Positions 29,527-40,263 are shown, counted from the first letter of the stretch. The stretch: DNA of 64,000 nucleotides from Polyangiaceae bacterium (GCA_033763455.1 JANRKO010000020.1:32001-96000), one strand, 5' to 3'. The notes: generated by a model from the letters alone, not told the origin. Numbers and translations are program-made.

Positions 29527-32500
29527 ATGACTACTACATCTGCCGCCACCTCTGAAGACGTGAACCTTTATGAGCTCCTAGGAGGTGAAGATATTATCCG
29601 AGCCGCCGTGGACGCATTTTACGAACGCGTGCTCGCTGACGAAGAACTTGCACCCTACTTCGAAGACGCAAATATGAAGGGGCTAAAGAAGAAGCAAACG
29701 ATCTTCTTGTCGCAGGCTTTGGGCGGCCCCCAAAAGTATCGCTGGCGCGACATGCGAACGGCTCACGCAGGAATGAACATCACAGCCGAGCATTTCGATC
29801 GAGTTGCTGAACACCTGGTGGCAACACTCACCGGCTTGGGCGTGAACATGCCCACCGTAAACAAGATCCTAGCGGTGGTAGCGCCGCTTAAAAACGACAT
29901 CGTGGACGACCGCAGCAGCGGCAAACAACCAATCTCAGAGGAATCTCGCATGGCAAGCTTATCGCAAATCCCCCCCCATCAGAACGGCTCCGCTCGCAGC
30001 TCCGCCCCGAAGGCCCCGCTTGGGGCCCTCGCGCAGGATAGCGCAATTTTGGCAGAGCTGCTCGAAGCCCTGCACACTACAACTGCCTTTCAAGACGTGG
30101 TCACCACCGCGCTGGAGCTTGTGTGTGAACGCATGGGCTGGAGCTACGCCGCGTACCTATCCGTCGATACCGAACAAGACGTGATGCGTTTTGTAGCCGA
30201 CTACGGGCAAACGGACGCCGCCCTTTCCCGTCTAGTGCGAGGTGCACAGTGGCGGCGTGGCGAAGGGATCGCCGGCCAGGCCTGGGACGATGGTAAACAA
30301 CTCGTGGCGGATGCGGATGAGGACTTTGGAAATCCGCGCTTGGCAGCAGCCGCGGAACGCGCACGAATGGCCACCAGTCTCGCGTTGCCCCTCTCGCTAG
30401 GGAACCGTACGGCAGGCGTATTCCTTTTCTACTCAACCACTGAGCAGAACGTGAACTCCCAGGCGCAGAAGGTGTTCCGAAGCGTGGCCACATTAGTGGG
30501 TGCTGCCGTCGAACGCGCTGACACTGGACGCATTCGATCCATGTTGGATAAGGCCCCCACCAACGTCATTTACGCGGATAAAGACTTCATCATCCGCTAC
30601 GCTAATGCGGCTTCACTGAAGACCCTCCGGTCCCTGGAAACGTATCTCCCCTTCAAGGCCGACGAACTTGTTGGAAAATCAATCGACGTTTTTCACAAGC
30701 ATCCAGAACACCAACGCAAGTTACTTTCGGATCCGAAGAACCTCCCCCACCAAGCCCTCATCCAGCTTGGTCCGGAGACACTAGATCTTTTGGTGAGCGC
30801 AATTACGGACGACTCTGGCCGCTACCTTGGGCCCATGTTGACCTGGCAGGTTGTTACCCAGAAGGTGAAAACCGAACGCGAAATGGCGCGCATCTTCAAC
30901 ATGATGGAAAACGCACCCATCAATGTGATCTATGCCGACAAGAATTTCAACATTCAATACATGAACCCGGCATCGCTCCGCACGCTAAAGAGCATTGAGC
31001 AATATCTGCCTGTGCGTGCTGATGAAGTTGTCGGAAAGTCAATTGACGTTTTCCACAAGCACCCAGAGCACCAGCGCACCTTGCTCTCTGACCCAAAGAA
31101 GCTACCTCATCAGGCCATCATCAACGTAGGTCCAGAGAAGCTCGACCTGCTAGTAAGTGCCATTTACGACTCCAAGGGGGAATACCTGGGCCCGATGGTC
31201 ACCTGGCAGGTGGTAACGCAAAAGCTCAAGACCGAGCGTGAAATGGCGCGAATCCACAACATGATGGAAAACGCACCCATCAACGTCATTTACGCCGATC
31301 GCGAAGGCACCATTCAGTACATGAATCCTGCCTCTTTGAAGACGCTCCGCTCCCTCGAGGCACACCTACCGGTGCGCGCGGACGAAATCATCGGAAAATC
31401 GATCGACATCTTCCACAAGAAGCCGGAGCACCAGCGCGGTATCGTTGCCAACCCAAAGAACCTCCCCCACGAGGCCACCATTTCCGTCGGCCCAGAGAAG
31501 CTGCGACTGCTCGTGAGTGCGATTCTCGACCAAAAGGGTGAATTCCTCGGGCCAATGCTCACTTGGGAAGTAGTTACCGAAAAACTCAAGCTTGAGGCCA
31601 AGCAGAAGGAAACCGCAGTGCTATCTGCCGGCATGTCAAAGCTGATGGAAGCCCTGGGCAATGCACTCACTCCGAGCGAGTGCCTGCGTGTCGCCCTCGA
31701 CACCATGCGCGAAGGCTTCAACTGGACCTACGGAGCGCTGTGGCCTCTGGACACCGAGAGCAAAACGCTCAAGTTCATGCAGGATTCTGGCGAAATTGCG
31801 CCGGAGTTCCGGCGTTCATCTGAAACAGCGACGTTTCGTTTGGGGCAAGGCCTCGGTGGTCGCGCCTGGCAAAGCATGGACATGATAGCTGTGGATGATC
31901 TCTCCCAGCTCACCGATTGCCCCCGCGTAGGCGTGGCGGGTCGCATTGGTATCAAAACAGGAGCCGCCTTTCCCATCATTGTGGACGGTAAGCTCTGGGG
32001 CGTGATCGATTTCATCTCGACCGAACCCATCCCGATCTCTCCCGAGCGCCAGGAAACATTGCGGAACGCAGGACGCGCTCTGTCTGCGGCGTTCGAGCGT
32101 TTGCTCGGTGTCGCCAAGCAGAAGGAAGCCGCAGTGCTGTCCGCGGGCATGTCCAAGCTCATGGAAGCCCTGGGCAACGCGCCTAGTTCCAATGATTGCC
32201 TACGCGTTGCACTCGACACCATGCGCGAAGGTTTCAACTGGACCTACGGAGCCCTCTGGCCGCTCGACGCTGAAACCAAAACCCTCAAATTCATGCAGGA
32301 CTCTGGCAACATTGCACCCGAATTCCGGCGTTCATCTGAAACCGCTACATTCCGCTCAGGGCAAGGCCTCGGTGGTCGCGCCTGGCAGAGCATGGACATG
32401 ATAGCTGTGGATGATCTCTCCCAGCTCACCGATTGCCCCCGCGTAGGCGTGGCGGGTCGCATTGGTATCAAAACAGGAGCCGCCTTTCCTATCATTGTGG

Positions 32501-33600
32501 AAGGCAAGCTCTGGGGCGTGATCGACTTTGTCTCCCTTGAACCCATCGCCATCTCCCCGGAGCGCCAGGAGACGCTGCGAAACGGCGGGCGCGCCCTTTC
32601 GGCAGCGTTCGAACGACTGCTTGGAGTGGAGCGCGAGCAGCGGCATGCCGCCGAGCTAAAAGACAAGGTCGATCAAATGTTGGCAGTGGTGAACGCCGCA
32701 GCTGCAGGGGACCTCACACGCGAGGTTACGGTGAACGGTAAGGATGCGATCGGTCAGATGGGTGAAGGATTGAGCCGCTTCCTCACCGATCTTCGTCAAA
32801 GTATTGGTGACATCGCATTGAACGGAAAATCGCTCAACGGCTCCTCCGAGGAACTGCTCGGCATGAGCCAGACCATGGCTTCAAACTCTGAGGAAACCTC
32901 GGCACAAGCCAACGTCGTTTCAGCAGCGGCCGAAGAGGTGAGCAAGAACGTGCAAACGGTGGCAGCGGGCGTGGAGGAAATGAGCGCCAGCATTAAGGAG
33001 ATTGCCAAAAATGCAAGCGACGCCGCCAGAGTGGCCATCGAGGGTGTCAAGGCCGCCGAGACCACCAACGCAACGGTTGCCAAGCTCGGCGAAAGCAGCG
33101 CGGAGGTCGGTAAAGTTATCAAAGTCATTACCTCCATCGCCCAGCAGACCAACCTACTCGCGCTCAACGCGACGATCGAAGCAGCGCGCGCCGGTGAAGC
33201 GGGCAAGGGCTTCGCGGTGGTGGCCAATGAAGTGAAGGAGCTCGCCAAAGAAACGGCTAAGGCGACGGAAGACATCAGTCAGAAGATTGAAGCCATTCAG
33301 GGTGATACGCACATGGCCGTCGAAGCTATCGCAAGAATCAGCGAGATTATCCGCCAAATTAACGATATTCAGGCCACAATAGCAGCCGCTGTAGAAGAGC
33401 AAACCGCCACCACCAACGAAATCTCCCGCAACGTGAGTGAAGCTGCGCGCGGCAGCTCCGAGATCGCGGACAACATCACCAGTGTGGCGCAGGCCGCACA
33501 GGAAACCACGACCGTGGCTACCAAGACGCAAGAGGCTGCCAATGCCTTGGGCAGAATGGCGGCCGACCTCACCAAGTTAGTGGCTCGCTTCAAAAACTAA
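29527..33600 (+). CDS. Giant soluble chemoreceptor: truncated hemoglobin-GAF-3xPAS-2xGAF-HAMP-MA
   Basis: LYELLGG..FYERV..YF..LGGP..AH (group I 2/2 globin); three 120-aa PAS repeats; two 172-aa GAF repeats; [20 protein letters not shown]; no TM. GAGGGA RBS before ATG 29527. Confidence 0.93.
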   Translation: MTTTSAATSEDVNLYELLGGEDIIRAAVDAFYERVLADEELAPYFEDANMKGLKKKQTIFLSQALGGPQKYRWRDMRTAHAGMNITAEHFDRVAEHLVATLTGLGVNMPTVNKILAVVAPLKNDIVDDRSSGKQPISEESRMASLSQIPPHQNGSARSSAPKAPLGALAQDSAILAELLEALHTTTAFQDVVTTALELVCERMGWSYAAYLSVDTEQDVMRFVADYGQTDAALSRLVRGAQWRRGEGIAGQAWDDGKQLVADADEDFGNPRLAAAAERARMATSLALPLSLGNRTAGVFLFYSTTEQNVNSQAQKVFRSVATLVGAAVERADTGRIRSMLDKAPTNVIYADKDFIIRYANAASLKTLRSLETYLPFKADELVGKSIDVFHKHPEHQRKLLSDPKNLPHQALIQLGPETLDLLVSAITDDSGRYLGPMLTWQVVTQKVKTEREMARIFNMMENAPINVIYADKNFNIQYMNPASLRTLKSIEQYLPVRADEVVGKSIDVFHKHPEHQRTLLSDPKKLPHQAIINVGPEKLDLLVSAIYDSKGEYLGPMVTWQVVTQKLKTEREMARIHNMMENAPINVIYADREGTIQYMNPASLKTLRSLEAHLPVRADEIIGKSIDIFHKKPEHQRGIVANPKNLPHEATISVGPEKLRLLVSAILDQKGEFLGPMLTWEVVTEKLKLEAKQKETAVLSAGMSKLMEALGNALTPSECLRVALDTMREGFNWTYGALWPLDTESKTLKFMQDSGEIAPEFRRSSETATFRLGQGLGGRAWQSMDMIAVDDLSQLTDCPRVGVAGRIGIKTGAAFPIIVDGKLWGVIDFISTEPIPISPERQETLRNAGRALSAAFERLLGVAKQKEAAVLSAGMSKLMEALGNAPSSNDCLRVALDTMREGFNWTYGALWPLDAETKTLKFMQDSGNIAPEFRRSSETATFRSGQGLGGRAWQSMDMIAVDDLSQLTDCPRVGVAGRIGIKTGAAFPIIVEGKLWGVIDFVSLEPIAISPERQETLRNGGRALSAAFERLLGVEREQRHAAELKDKVDQMLAVVNAAAAGDLTREVTVNGKDAIGQMGEGLSRFLTDLRQSIGDIALNGKSLNGSSEELLGMSQTMASNSEETSAQANVVSAAAEEVSKNVQTVAAGVEEMSASIKEIAKNASDAARVAIEGVKAAETTNATVAKLGESSAEVGKVIKVITSIAQQTNLLALNATIEAARAGEAGKGFAVVANEVKELAKETAKATEDISQKIEAIQGDTHMAVEAIARISEIIRQINDIQATIAAAVEEQTATTNEISRNVSEAARGSSEIADNITSVAQAAQETTTVATKTQEAANALGRMAADLTKLVARFKN
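30541..31596 (+). repeat. Intragenic triple repeat (360-nt period) encoding PAS domains
   Basis: Units start near 30541, 30901 and 31261; each has NVIYAD..VGKSIDxFHKxPEHQR..GPMxTW. Confidence 0.92.
31597..32628 (+). repeat. Intragenic tandem duplication (516-nt period) encoding GAF domains
   Basis: GCCAAGCAGAAGGAA at 31597 and 32113; long near-identical nucleotide stretches. Confidence 0.95.
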
Positions 33601-33629
33601 CCCCCGGCTCCCTCAGGTTCGGAGGCCCC

Positions 33630-34019
33630 ATGAAAGCCATTGTAGTAGATGATTCCGGAACGATGCGACGCATCTTGAAACGGATGCTAATTGAACTCGG
33701 CTTCGAGGTGAGCGAAGCCGAGGACGGGGTGGCGGCACTCGAATGGTTCAAGCTCAACGGCGCCATTGATTTGGCACTTTTGGATTGGAACATGCCGGAA
33801 ATGAGCGGTTACGATCTATTGCGCATGGTGCGCTCGAAGCATGAATTCGACAGCATGCGCATCATGATGGTGACCACCGAAAGTGAGATGGAAAAGATGT
33901 CCCAAGCACTCGACGCGGGGGCCGACGAATATGTAATGAAGCCGTTTACGAAGGACGTCATTACCGATAAGCTAAGCCTCTTGGGATTTGAGGGCAGCGT
34001 TCATGGAGCTGCCCCTTGA
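33630..34019 (+). CDS. cheY: Chemotaxis response regulator CheY
   Basis: AIVVDDS, LLDWNMP, MVTTE, YVMKPF. Confidence 0.93.
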   Translation: MKAIVVDDSGTMRRILKRMLIELGFEVSEAEDGVAALEWFKLNGAIDLALLDWNMPEMSGYDLLRMVRSKHEFDSMRIMMVTTESEMEKMSQALDAGADEYVMKPFTKDVITDKLSLLGFEGSVHGAAP

Positions 34020-35122
34020 AGAAAATCCGCGTCCTTATCGTTGACGACGCCGTTGTCATCCGAAAGATCCTTTCGGATGTGCTATCGGCGGAGCCCGATA
34101 TGGACGTGGTGGGCACGGCGGCCAATGGCGCCCTCGGGCTCAAGAAGATTGAACAGCTCTCGCCCGACGTAGTGCTGTTGGACGTGGAGATGCCAGAGAT
34201 GAACGGCATCGAAACCATCAGGGCGATTCGACCGCTCTACCCGAGGTTGCCCGTCATCATGTTCAGCACGCTCACGAACGCGGGAGCGGCCACCACCATT
34301 GAGGCCCTGCTACTTGGTGCTACGGATTACGCCACCAAGCCTGCCAACGTTGGCAGCACCACCAACGTGGTGAAGGAGGTTCAAACCACCCTCCTGCCAA
34401 AGATCCGCAATGCCTGTGGGCAATTGCTCCCAGCGCAAGCTACCGCCGTTCGCCAGAGTGCGCCGCCTCGCCTCGCCAAACCCATCCCCGCTTCCAACAA
34501 GCGTCCAGAAATACTGGTCATCGGCACTTCCACCGGTGGGCCCAATGCGCTCGCTGAAGTCCTGAAAGATATTCCCGCGTCATTTCCGGTGCCGGTGTTG
34601 ATCGTTCAACACATGCCCCCGCTCTTCACACACTTTCTGGCCGAGCGACTGAACAAGAACTGCCCGTTGCGCATCCGCGAGGCAGTGGATGATACCCCGC
34701 TCCTACCGGGGGAGTGCTGGATAGCCCGGGGTGATTACCACATGGACTTGAAGCGAACGGCGAGCGACGTGCGGCTCGCCTTAAACCAAGCCCCCCCCGA
34801 GAATTCCTGCCGTCCCGCGGTAGACGTAACTTTTCGCGCAGTGGCCCGCCTTTACGGCGGAGCAAGCTTAGCCGTTGTTCTCACCGGAATGGGGCAAGAT
34901 GGCCTGCGCGGAGGGAGAGCGATCCGAAGCGCAGGCGGGCGAGTTCTGGCTCAAGATCAAGCTTCTTCTGTGGTGTGGGGAATGCCGGGAGCAGTGATCG
35001 AAGCGGGGATCGCAGAGGCCGGGCTGCCGCTTTCCCAAGTTGCCGCGGCCATCTTGGAACGGTTTGGTTTGAGCAAGCGCACGGCTATTCAAGCTAAGGA
35101 GCGGGCCGTTGGAAACAGTTGA
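34016..35122 (+). CDS. cheB: Chemotaxis methylesterase CheB
   Basis: REC LDVEMP; GTSTGG, QHMP, LTGMGQDG, VVWGMP. Confidence 0.95.
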   Translation: MKKIRVLIVDDAVVIRKILSDVLSAEPDMDVVGTAANGALGLKKIEQLSPDVVLLDVEMPEMNGIETIRAIRPLYPRLPVIMFSTLTNAGAATTIEALLLGATDYATKPANVGSTTNVVKEVQTTLLPKIRNACGQLLPAQATAVRQSAPPRLAKPIPASNKRPEILVIGTSTGGPNALAEVLKDIPASFPVPVLIVQHMPPLFTHFLAERLNKNCPLRIREAVDDTPLLPGECWIARGDYHMDLKRTASDVRLALNQAPPENSCRPAVDVTFRAVARLYGGASLAVVLTGMGQDGLRGGRAIRSAGGRVLAQDQASSVVWGMPGAVIEAGIAEAGLPLSQVAAAILERFGLSKRTAIQAKERAVGNS

Positions 35123-35918
35123 TTTCCAGTTCCTTCAGAGGTTCATGCACAGCCACGCGGCGATCGTGATCGACGAGGGCAAGCAGTACCTGGTGGAGAA
35201 CCGACTTCAGCCAGTGGCGAAAGCGGCAGGCCTAGCCGATCTGCATGGCCTCGTTGCGCGCCTCAAAGGTGAACCATTCGGGCACCTCCACCGCGACGTG
35301 CTCGACGCGATGACCACCAACGAAACCTCGTTTTTTCGCGACACCAAGCTCTACGAAGCGCTGGAAAGGGAGATCCTACCTGAGCTTCTTACGTACACTG
35401 CGGGCCGCAAGCTAACCATCTGGTGCGCTGCGTGCTCCACGGGCCAAGAACCCTATACATTGAGCATTATCTTCAAGGAAAAGCTCAGAGTTGGCCCCGA
35501 GCGCGTCGAAATCATCGCTACCGATATCTGTGAACGAGCGCTCGCGGCCGCCACGCTTGGGGAATACAGCCAGATGGACGTGAATCGCGGCTTGCCAGCA
35601 CCTCTTTTGCTCCGCAATTTTCAGCAGGCAGGGCGCACCTTCCGCATTAACGATGAGGTCAAGAAATACGTAAAATTCCGCAAATTGAACCTTGCTCAAG
35701 CCTGGGAAGGCCTCGGTTCACTCGATCTCGTCCTCATCCGCAACGTGCTAATTTACTTCAACATCGACACCAAGCGGCAAATCTTGAACAGGGTAAAGAG
35801 CCTCATGAAGCCCCACGCCTATCTTATTCTAGGTGCCGCGGAGACCACGCTCAATATCGATGATTCCTACGAACGAATCGTCAAAAAAGACGCAACTATC
35901 TACCGTCCTGTACGTTAA
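35109..35918 (+). CDS. cheR: Chemotaxis methyltransferase CheR
   Basis: MTTNETSFFRD, IWCAACSTGQEPY, RNVLIYF. Confidence 0.95.
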   Translation: METVDFQFLQRFMHSHAAIVIDEGKQYLVENRLQPVAKAAGLADLHGLVARLKGEPFGHLHRDVLDAMTTNETSFFRDTKLYEALEREILPELLTYTAGRKLTIWCAACSTGQEPYTLSIIFKEKLRVGPERVEIIATDICERALAAATLGEYSQMDVNRGLPAPLLLRNFQQAGRTFRINDEVKKYVKFRKLNLAQAWEGLGSLDLVLIRNVLIYFNIDTKRQILNRVKSLMKPHAYLILGAAETTLNIDDSYERIVKKDATIYRPVR

Positions 35919-35934
35919 CGCGAAGAGCAACTCA

Positions 35935-36402
35935 ATGACTATTGCTGAACAACTATGGATCGACGCCAGTTTAGGCGCCTTGCGCGACAGCATCTCGATG
36001 TTTGAAGCGGACACCCTCGACGTGATTTCTGTGACAACCACGCTCCCTGTTCGCACGCGCGGCGCCTTTATCTCCATAGCCGGCAAATCGCAGTCGGTGG
36101 AGCTCGGCGTAGTGTGCGAAAGCGATGTGCAGCAGGTGCTGTCCCAACGTTTCCTAGGCGAATCCACCACCCTCTCTGAAGAAGAAGTCGCCGACGCCAT
36201 GAGGGAGTTCGCCAATATCCTGGCTGGTGGGCTCAAGGGTGCCATGGTCCAGCATGACCCAACTCTCGCCCTCGGCCTGCCTCTATTTGTTGACGGCATC
36301 CATCCGAGCCCCGCTACGCGGACGCACAGTGCACAGGTAATGCTGGCGGACCAAGAGCTGTGTTTGGTCGTAATTGTGGGCTCTTTGGGGCTCGCAGCGT
36401 GA
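35935..36402 (+). CDS. cheX: CheX-family phosphatase
   Basis: EVADAMREFANILAGGLK..LALGLPLFV. Start set by alignment with the 25458 paralog. Confidence 0.85.
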   Translation: MTIAEQLWIDASLGALRDSISMFEADTLDVISVTTTLPVRTRGAFISIAGKSQSVELGVVCESDVQQVLSQRFLGESTTLSEEEVADAMREFANILAGGLKGAMVQHDPTLALGLPLFVDGIHPSPATRTHSAQVMLADQELCLVVIVGSLGLAA

Positions 36403-36412
36403 AGCCGTAAGA

Positions 36413-37045
36413 ATGGCAACGCCAAGCTCCCCGCCACGTGAAAGACGCCGCCTCCCGTTGGCGATGCGCAAAGGGCAGCTTGAGCTAACGGATCTATCCG
36501 GTTCCGAGTTTATGTCACTGGTTTCGCAACAGGCTCGCTCGGAAGAAAGTGGGTCTATCAGCTCTCAGTATGAGCGTGAGCTCTGCCGCGGTGACACACA
36601 CGTAGGCGCGCTTGGAGTCCGTGCGTGCGACGCCGTCGTTGGCGCTATTAGCTACGGCAAGCTTGCTCTACCGCGCCACCCAGGCAAAGTGTCCCTGCGC
36701 ATTGACGTGGTGGTCACTCGGCGCCATTGCCGCAAGATGGGCATTGGGGCCCTCCTCATTGCTGCCCTGATCAACAAATTTGCCAAGGAGCTCGGCCCGA
36801 ACCTCCACCATGTTTCCGTGATGGCCGTGCACCCGGCCATGATCCAGGTCTTCTCGAAGTTGAACTTCGAGCGAGCGGCTCCGAACGTACCGCTTTATTC
36901 GAGGCTACTGAATGAGCGCGAACTATTGGACATGCAGCGCCAAACAGACGGTATCGTTAACCTGAAGCTCCGTGATCTGAAAGCTCTGTGTGTGCCCTGC
37001 CGGCGCTTTGAGCGGCATGCTCCTTGGTGTGCGGCCGAGGGCTAA
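36413..37045 (+). CDS. GNAT-family N-acetyltransferase with Cys-rich C-terminus
   Basis: Motif A-like IDVVVTRRHCRKMGIGALLI, AVHP..FSKLNF, tail CVPC..H..WC; starts 10 bp after cheX. Confidence 0.72.
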   Translation: MATPSSPPRERRRLPLAMRKGQLELTDLSGSEFMSLVSQQARSEESGSISSQYERELCRGDTHVGALGVRACDAVVGAISYGKLALPRHPGKVSLRIDVVVTRRHCRKMGIGALLIAALINKFAKELGPNLHHVSVMAVHPAMIQVFSKLNFERAAPNVPLYSRLLNERELLDMQRQTDGIVNLKLRDLKALCVPCRRFERHAPWCAAEG

Positions 37046-37048
37046 CGC

Positions 37049-37990
37049 ATGGCAACGGGCTACCTATGGGACAGTGCTTCGCTCGGCTACGTGACTGGAG
37101 ATCAGCTACCTGAACATCCGCGCCGCGCTCGGGCGCTGACTCCCGCACAGTTTGCCGGCATGAGCGGCGTCGAACAAATTCACACGCAGCCAGATTTGGG
37201 ACTACCCTGGGTCGGGCGCGTGCACTCTGCGCAGTTTATGCGCGAGGTCCGCCTTGCTTCGCAGAATTCGCGGCTCTGGTTTGACGGCGGGGACACGGTG
37301 GTCCGCCCGGACGCATTCGAAGTGGCGTTGATGGCGGCCTCAGGGGCTCTAACGCTCACGGATGCCGTGCTCCGCGGCAAAGTCCACAATGGTTTCGCGG
37401 CCATTCGGCCTCCAGGCCATCACGCTTCTTCTGAGCAAGCTCGTGGGTTTTGCATTTTCAACAATGTGGCCATCTGCGCCCGCTACGCCCAGCAGGTTTT
37501 CGGGATTGAGCGCGTTCTGATTGTGGATTGGGACGTGCACCCTGGGGACGGCACAGCCGCCATATTCTTCGAAGATCCAAGTGTTTTCGTGTTCAGCATG
37601 CATCAGCGAGGCATCCTCGGTCCGGAGGTGGGCGGCGAGCAACTAGAGGGGCGAGGCCCTGGCCGCGGGTGCACCCGCAATGTACCAGTGGAGGCTGGAA
37701 CCTCAGCGGCGAGCTATCTGCACACGTTTACCCACGCACTCCGCCAGGTTGCCCGCAGCTTCAAACCGGGTCTGGTTCTTGTAAGTGCGGGCTTTGACGC
37801 GCATCGGGCCGATCCGCTCGGTGGGCTTTTGTTGGAGGAAAGTTCCTTTGCCGAGCTCACCGGGCTCGTGAAGGACATGGCTGCCATCTATGCCTCCGGA
37901 AGGCTTGTATCTTTGCTTGAAGGTGGTTATCAACCTGGTGTATTGCGAGATTGTGTGGGGGCCCACTTGGCAGCCCTAGCAGGAAGCTGA
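37049..37990 (+). CDS. Zn-dependent histone-deacetylase-family amidohydrolase (AcuC/HDAC-like)
   Basis: PEHP, RPPGHHA, GFCIFNN, DWDVHPGDGT, SAGFDAH, LEGGY. Confidence 0.93.
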   Translation: MATGYLWDSASLGYVTGDQLPEHPRRARALTPAQFAGMSGVEQIHTQPDLGLPWVGRVHSAQFMREVRLASQNSRLWFDGGDTVVRPDAFEVALMAASGALTLTDAVLRGKVHNGFAAIRPPGHHASSEQARGFCIFNNVAICARYAQQVFGIERVLIVDWDVHPGDGTAAIFFEDPSVFVFSMHQRGILGPEVGGEQLEGRGPGRGCTRNVPVEAGTSAASYLHTFTHALRQVARSFKPGLVLVSAGFDAHRADPLGGLLLEESSFAELTGLVKDMAAIYASGRLVSLLEGGYQPGVLRDCVGAHLAALAGS

Positions 37991-37993
37991 AGT

Positions 37994-38009
37994 TGGCATC
38001 ATGCATGCA
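37994..38009 (+). promoter_or_regulatory. Putative sigma54 promoter for the PAS kinase/NarL pair
   Basis: TGGCATCATGCATGCA: GG-N10-GC. Confidence 0.5.
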
Positions 38010-38057
38010 GGGGAGAGATTCTGGGATGATAGCTATGGCTTCAAAAGTGGGAAGTAG

Positions 38058-39212
38058 ATGATCATGGGAATTGCGTTGAACCCAGGTGAAAGTTCGGCAG
38101 CGAAGCCAGCGGGTTCGCGGGCGTCTCAACAGGCACCCCGCGCCAGCTCAGGCTCACTTCTTAGCTGTATGTCGGACAGCACCTTGCGCCAGAAAGTGGC
38201 CGGATATTTTGACGAGGTGTTTTTTCTTTTGACGCCCGATTTGAGTCGAGAGCTGCACATTAGCCCCACGTACGAGCGGGTTTTCGGCTACCCAGTGAGC
38301 GCCGGAGTGCGGGACACCTGGTTCGAAAGAGTGCACCCTGAAGATCGGCCCGTTCTGGCAGCCTTCATGAACGCTTTCCCCGCGCTTGAGCCCGGAGGTG
38401 AAGTTGAACTCCCGCGCTACCGTGTACGGCGAGCTGATGGCCAATTCCGTCACGCCAAGTGTCGGATGTTCCCGATTATGGATGACACCGGCGAAATGGT
38501 GGCGGTGGGTGGCATTTTGGTGGACGAAACCGAGGCGCGCTTGGCCGAGGCCGCACTTCAGGAATCCAAGCGTGAGCTACAGCGCATGGCCGCCAACATC
38601 GAACGCGTCCAAGAAGAAGAACGCCGGGTTACGGCTCAATTCGTGCACGATCAATTGGGCCAATCCTTAGCCCTCGCCAAGCTCCGCCTGGATGCTTTTC
38701 TAGCCGCTCATAACGTGCCGCGCACGGATCCCGAGGCCGCAAAGGTCCTCCAAGCCATCCAAGCCGCAATCGATGATTCTCGGCGGGTGGCCTACGATAC
38801 GAGCCCACCCGTGCTGTATGATCTCGGCCTCATCCCGGCCCTGGAAGCCCAAGGGGAGCTTCTGTGTTCGGAACACCGCCTGGAATTTTCGATTGAGACA
38901 GTTGGCTCATTCGAAAGCAAATCTCAGAATAATGTATTGGTGTTTCGAATTCTTCGGGAGCTGATGCTCAACGTAATCAAACACGCAGCGGCGAAGCATC
39001 TGCGCCTCAGCGTGCAAGTTCAACCGCCCACGCTCTTCATTCAACTTATCGACGATGGGCGGGGTTTCGATATGGCTACGCACTCCCCCAATTACGGCCT
39101 GGCGAGTGTTCGCCAGCGCCTATCTTATCTCGGCGGTGAGCTAACGCTCACTAGCACTCCGGGCCAGGGCACTACCGCCGCCATTTCCATACCGCTTGGA
39201 GCATTCCTATGA
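38058..39212 (+). CDS. PAS-domain sensor histidine kinase (HisKA_3/NarX-like)
   Basis: VHPED PAS; EEERRVTAQFVHDQLGQ; ELMLNVIKHA; DDGRGF; YGLASVRQR. Start may be ATG 38169. Confidence 0.9.
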   Translation: MIMGIALNPGESSAAKPAGSRASQQAPRASSGSLLSCMSDSTLRQKVAGYFDEVFFLLTPDLSRELHISPTYERVFGYPVSAGVRDTWFERVHPEDRPVLAAFMNAFPALEPGGEVELPRYRVRRADGQFRHAKCRMFPIMDDTGEMVAVGGILVDETEARLAEAALQESKRELQRMAANIERVQEEERRVTAQFVHDQLGQSLALAKLRLDAFLAAHNVPRTDPEAAKVLQAIQAAIDDSRRVAYDTSPPVLYDLGLIPALEAQGELLCSEHRLEFSIETVGSFESKSQNNVLVFRILRELMLNVIKHAAAKHLRLSVQVQPPTLFIQLIDDGRGFDMATHSPNYGLASVRQRLSYLGGELTLTSTPGQGTTAAISIPLGAFL

Positions 39213-39847
39213 GAGTTCTGCTTGTTGACGATCATAAAATCCTACGTGATGGGCTAAAGAGCCTGCTCTTGGCCCAAGGGCTTAACGTTGTGGGCGAGGC
39301 GGGCGACGGAGAAACAGCACTCGCGTTGGTGGAGCAACTCCAACCGCAAGTTGTCGTGATGGATATCGGCCTAAAAGGCATGACCGGTATCGACGCGACG
39401 AAGCAAATCCGCAAGCGCTTCCCCAATGTTGCCGTTTTGGCTCTATCCACCCACTCAGAAAAGCACTTCGTGACGGGCATGCTGGCTGCCGGTGCACTGG
39501 GTTACGTCACGAAAGATTCGGCTTTTGAAGACCTCGCCAATGCCGTTCGTTCGGTGGCAGAGGGGCGCGTCTACACCAGCCAAACCATCACTGACGTGGT
39601 GATGAGAGAATACACCGGCAAGCAACAAAGACCCCAAGAAACTCCTACCCTTTCCGCACGTGAGGAGCAGGTATTAGCGGCCATCGCTGACGGCAAGAGT
39701 TCGCGAGAAATCGGGGATGCCCTGGGGCTCAGTGTGAACACCATCGACACCCATCGCCGGCGCATCTCAGAAAAGCTAGGTGTAAAAACCGTGGCTGCGC
39801 TTACCAAGTTTGCCGTGCGGCAAGGGCTCTCAAACATCAACCACTAA
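39209..39847 (+). CDS. NarL/LuxR-family response regulator
   Basis: LLVDDH, VMDI, LSAREEQVL..G.SSREIG..LSVNTIDTHR. Confidence 0.95.
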   Translation: MRVLLVDDHKILRDGLKSLLLAQGLNVVGEAGDGETALALVEQLQPQVVVMDIGLKGMTGIDATKQIRKRFPNVAVLALSTHSEKHFVTGMLAAGALGYVTKDSAFEDLANAVRSVAEGRVYTSQTITDVVMREYTGKQQRPQETPTLSAREEQVLAAIADGKSSREIGDALGLSVNTIDTHRRRISEKLGVKTVAALTKFAVRQGLSNINH

Positions 39848-40263
39848 GCTTCGTTTGCAAGCAGCTCGCACAGTGTTTTAAGCCGCTCGACAGCTGCGGC
39901 GAGTTTCTGGGAACCCTGAGGGGTAACAGACAAACCTAGAACGGACTCAATGTCTTGCGCCAACGCGGAAACCTGGTGATGTCCGAAAGTACCGGCTGTT
40001 CCCGCAATGCGGTGAGCCAAGCGCTCAGCCGCTCTCAAAAGCGAATCATCCTTACACTCCGATAACTGAGCCAATAGCTCCCTGAGCTCACCGAGCTGGC
40101 GAGTGAGCGTAGCCACATAGGCGCAGCTTAGAGCTCGGAGCTCGGCCCCTATCGCCCCAGCATCAGGCTCACCGTTGCCCGCGGGTAAGCCACCTGCCGT
40201 GCCCATGTCTAGAGGTGGTCTCGGCGGAGGCGACGACGCGTGCCCGTTCGCCCGGCCGCTCAT
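39844..40263 (-). CDS. Stand-alone HPt protein
   Basis: LAHRIAGTAGTFG HPt motif; overlaps the kinase stop codon. Confidence 0.85.
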   Translation of the reverse strand: MSGRANGHASSPPPRPPLDMGTAGGLPAGNGEPDAGAIGAELRALSCAYVATLTRQLGELRELLAQLSECKDDSLLRAAERLAHRIAGTAGTFGHHQVSALAQDIESVLGLSVTPQGSQKLAAAVERLKTLCELLANEA

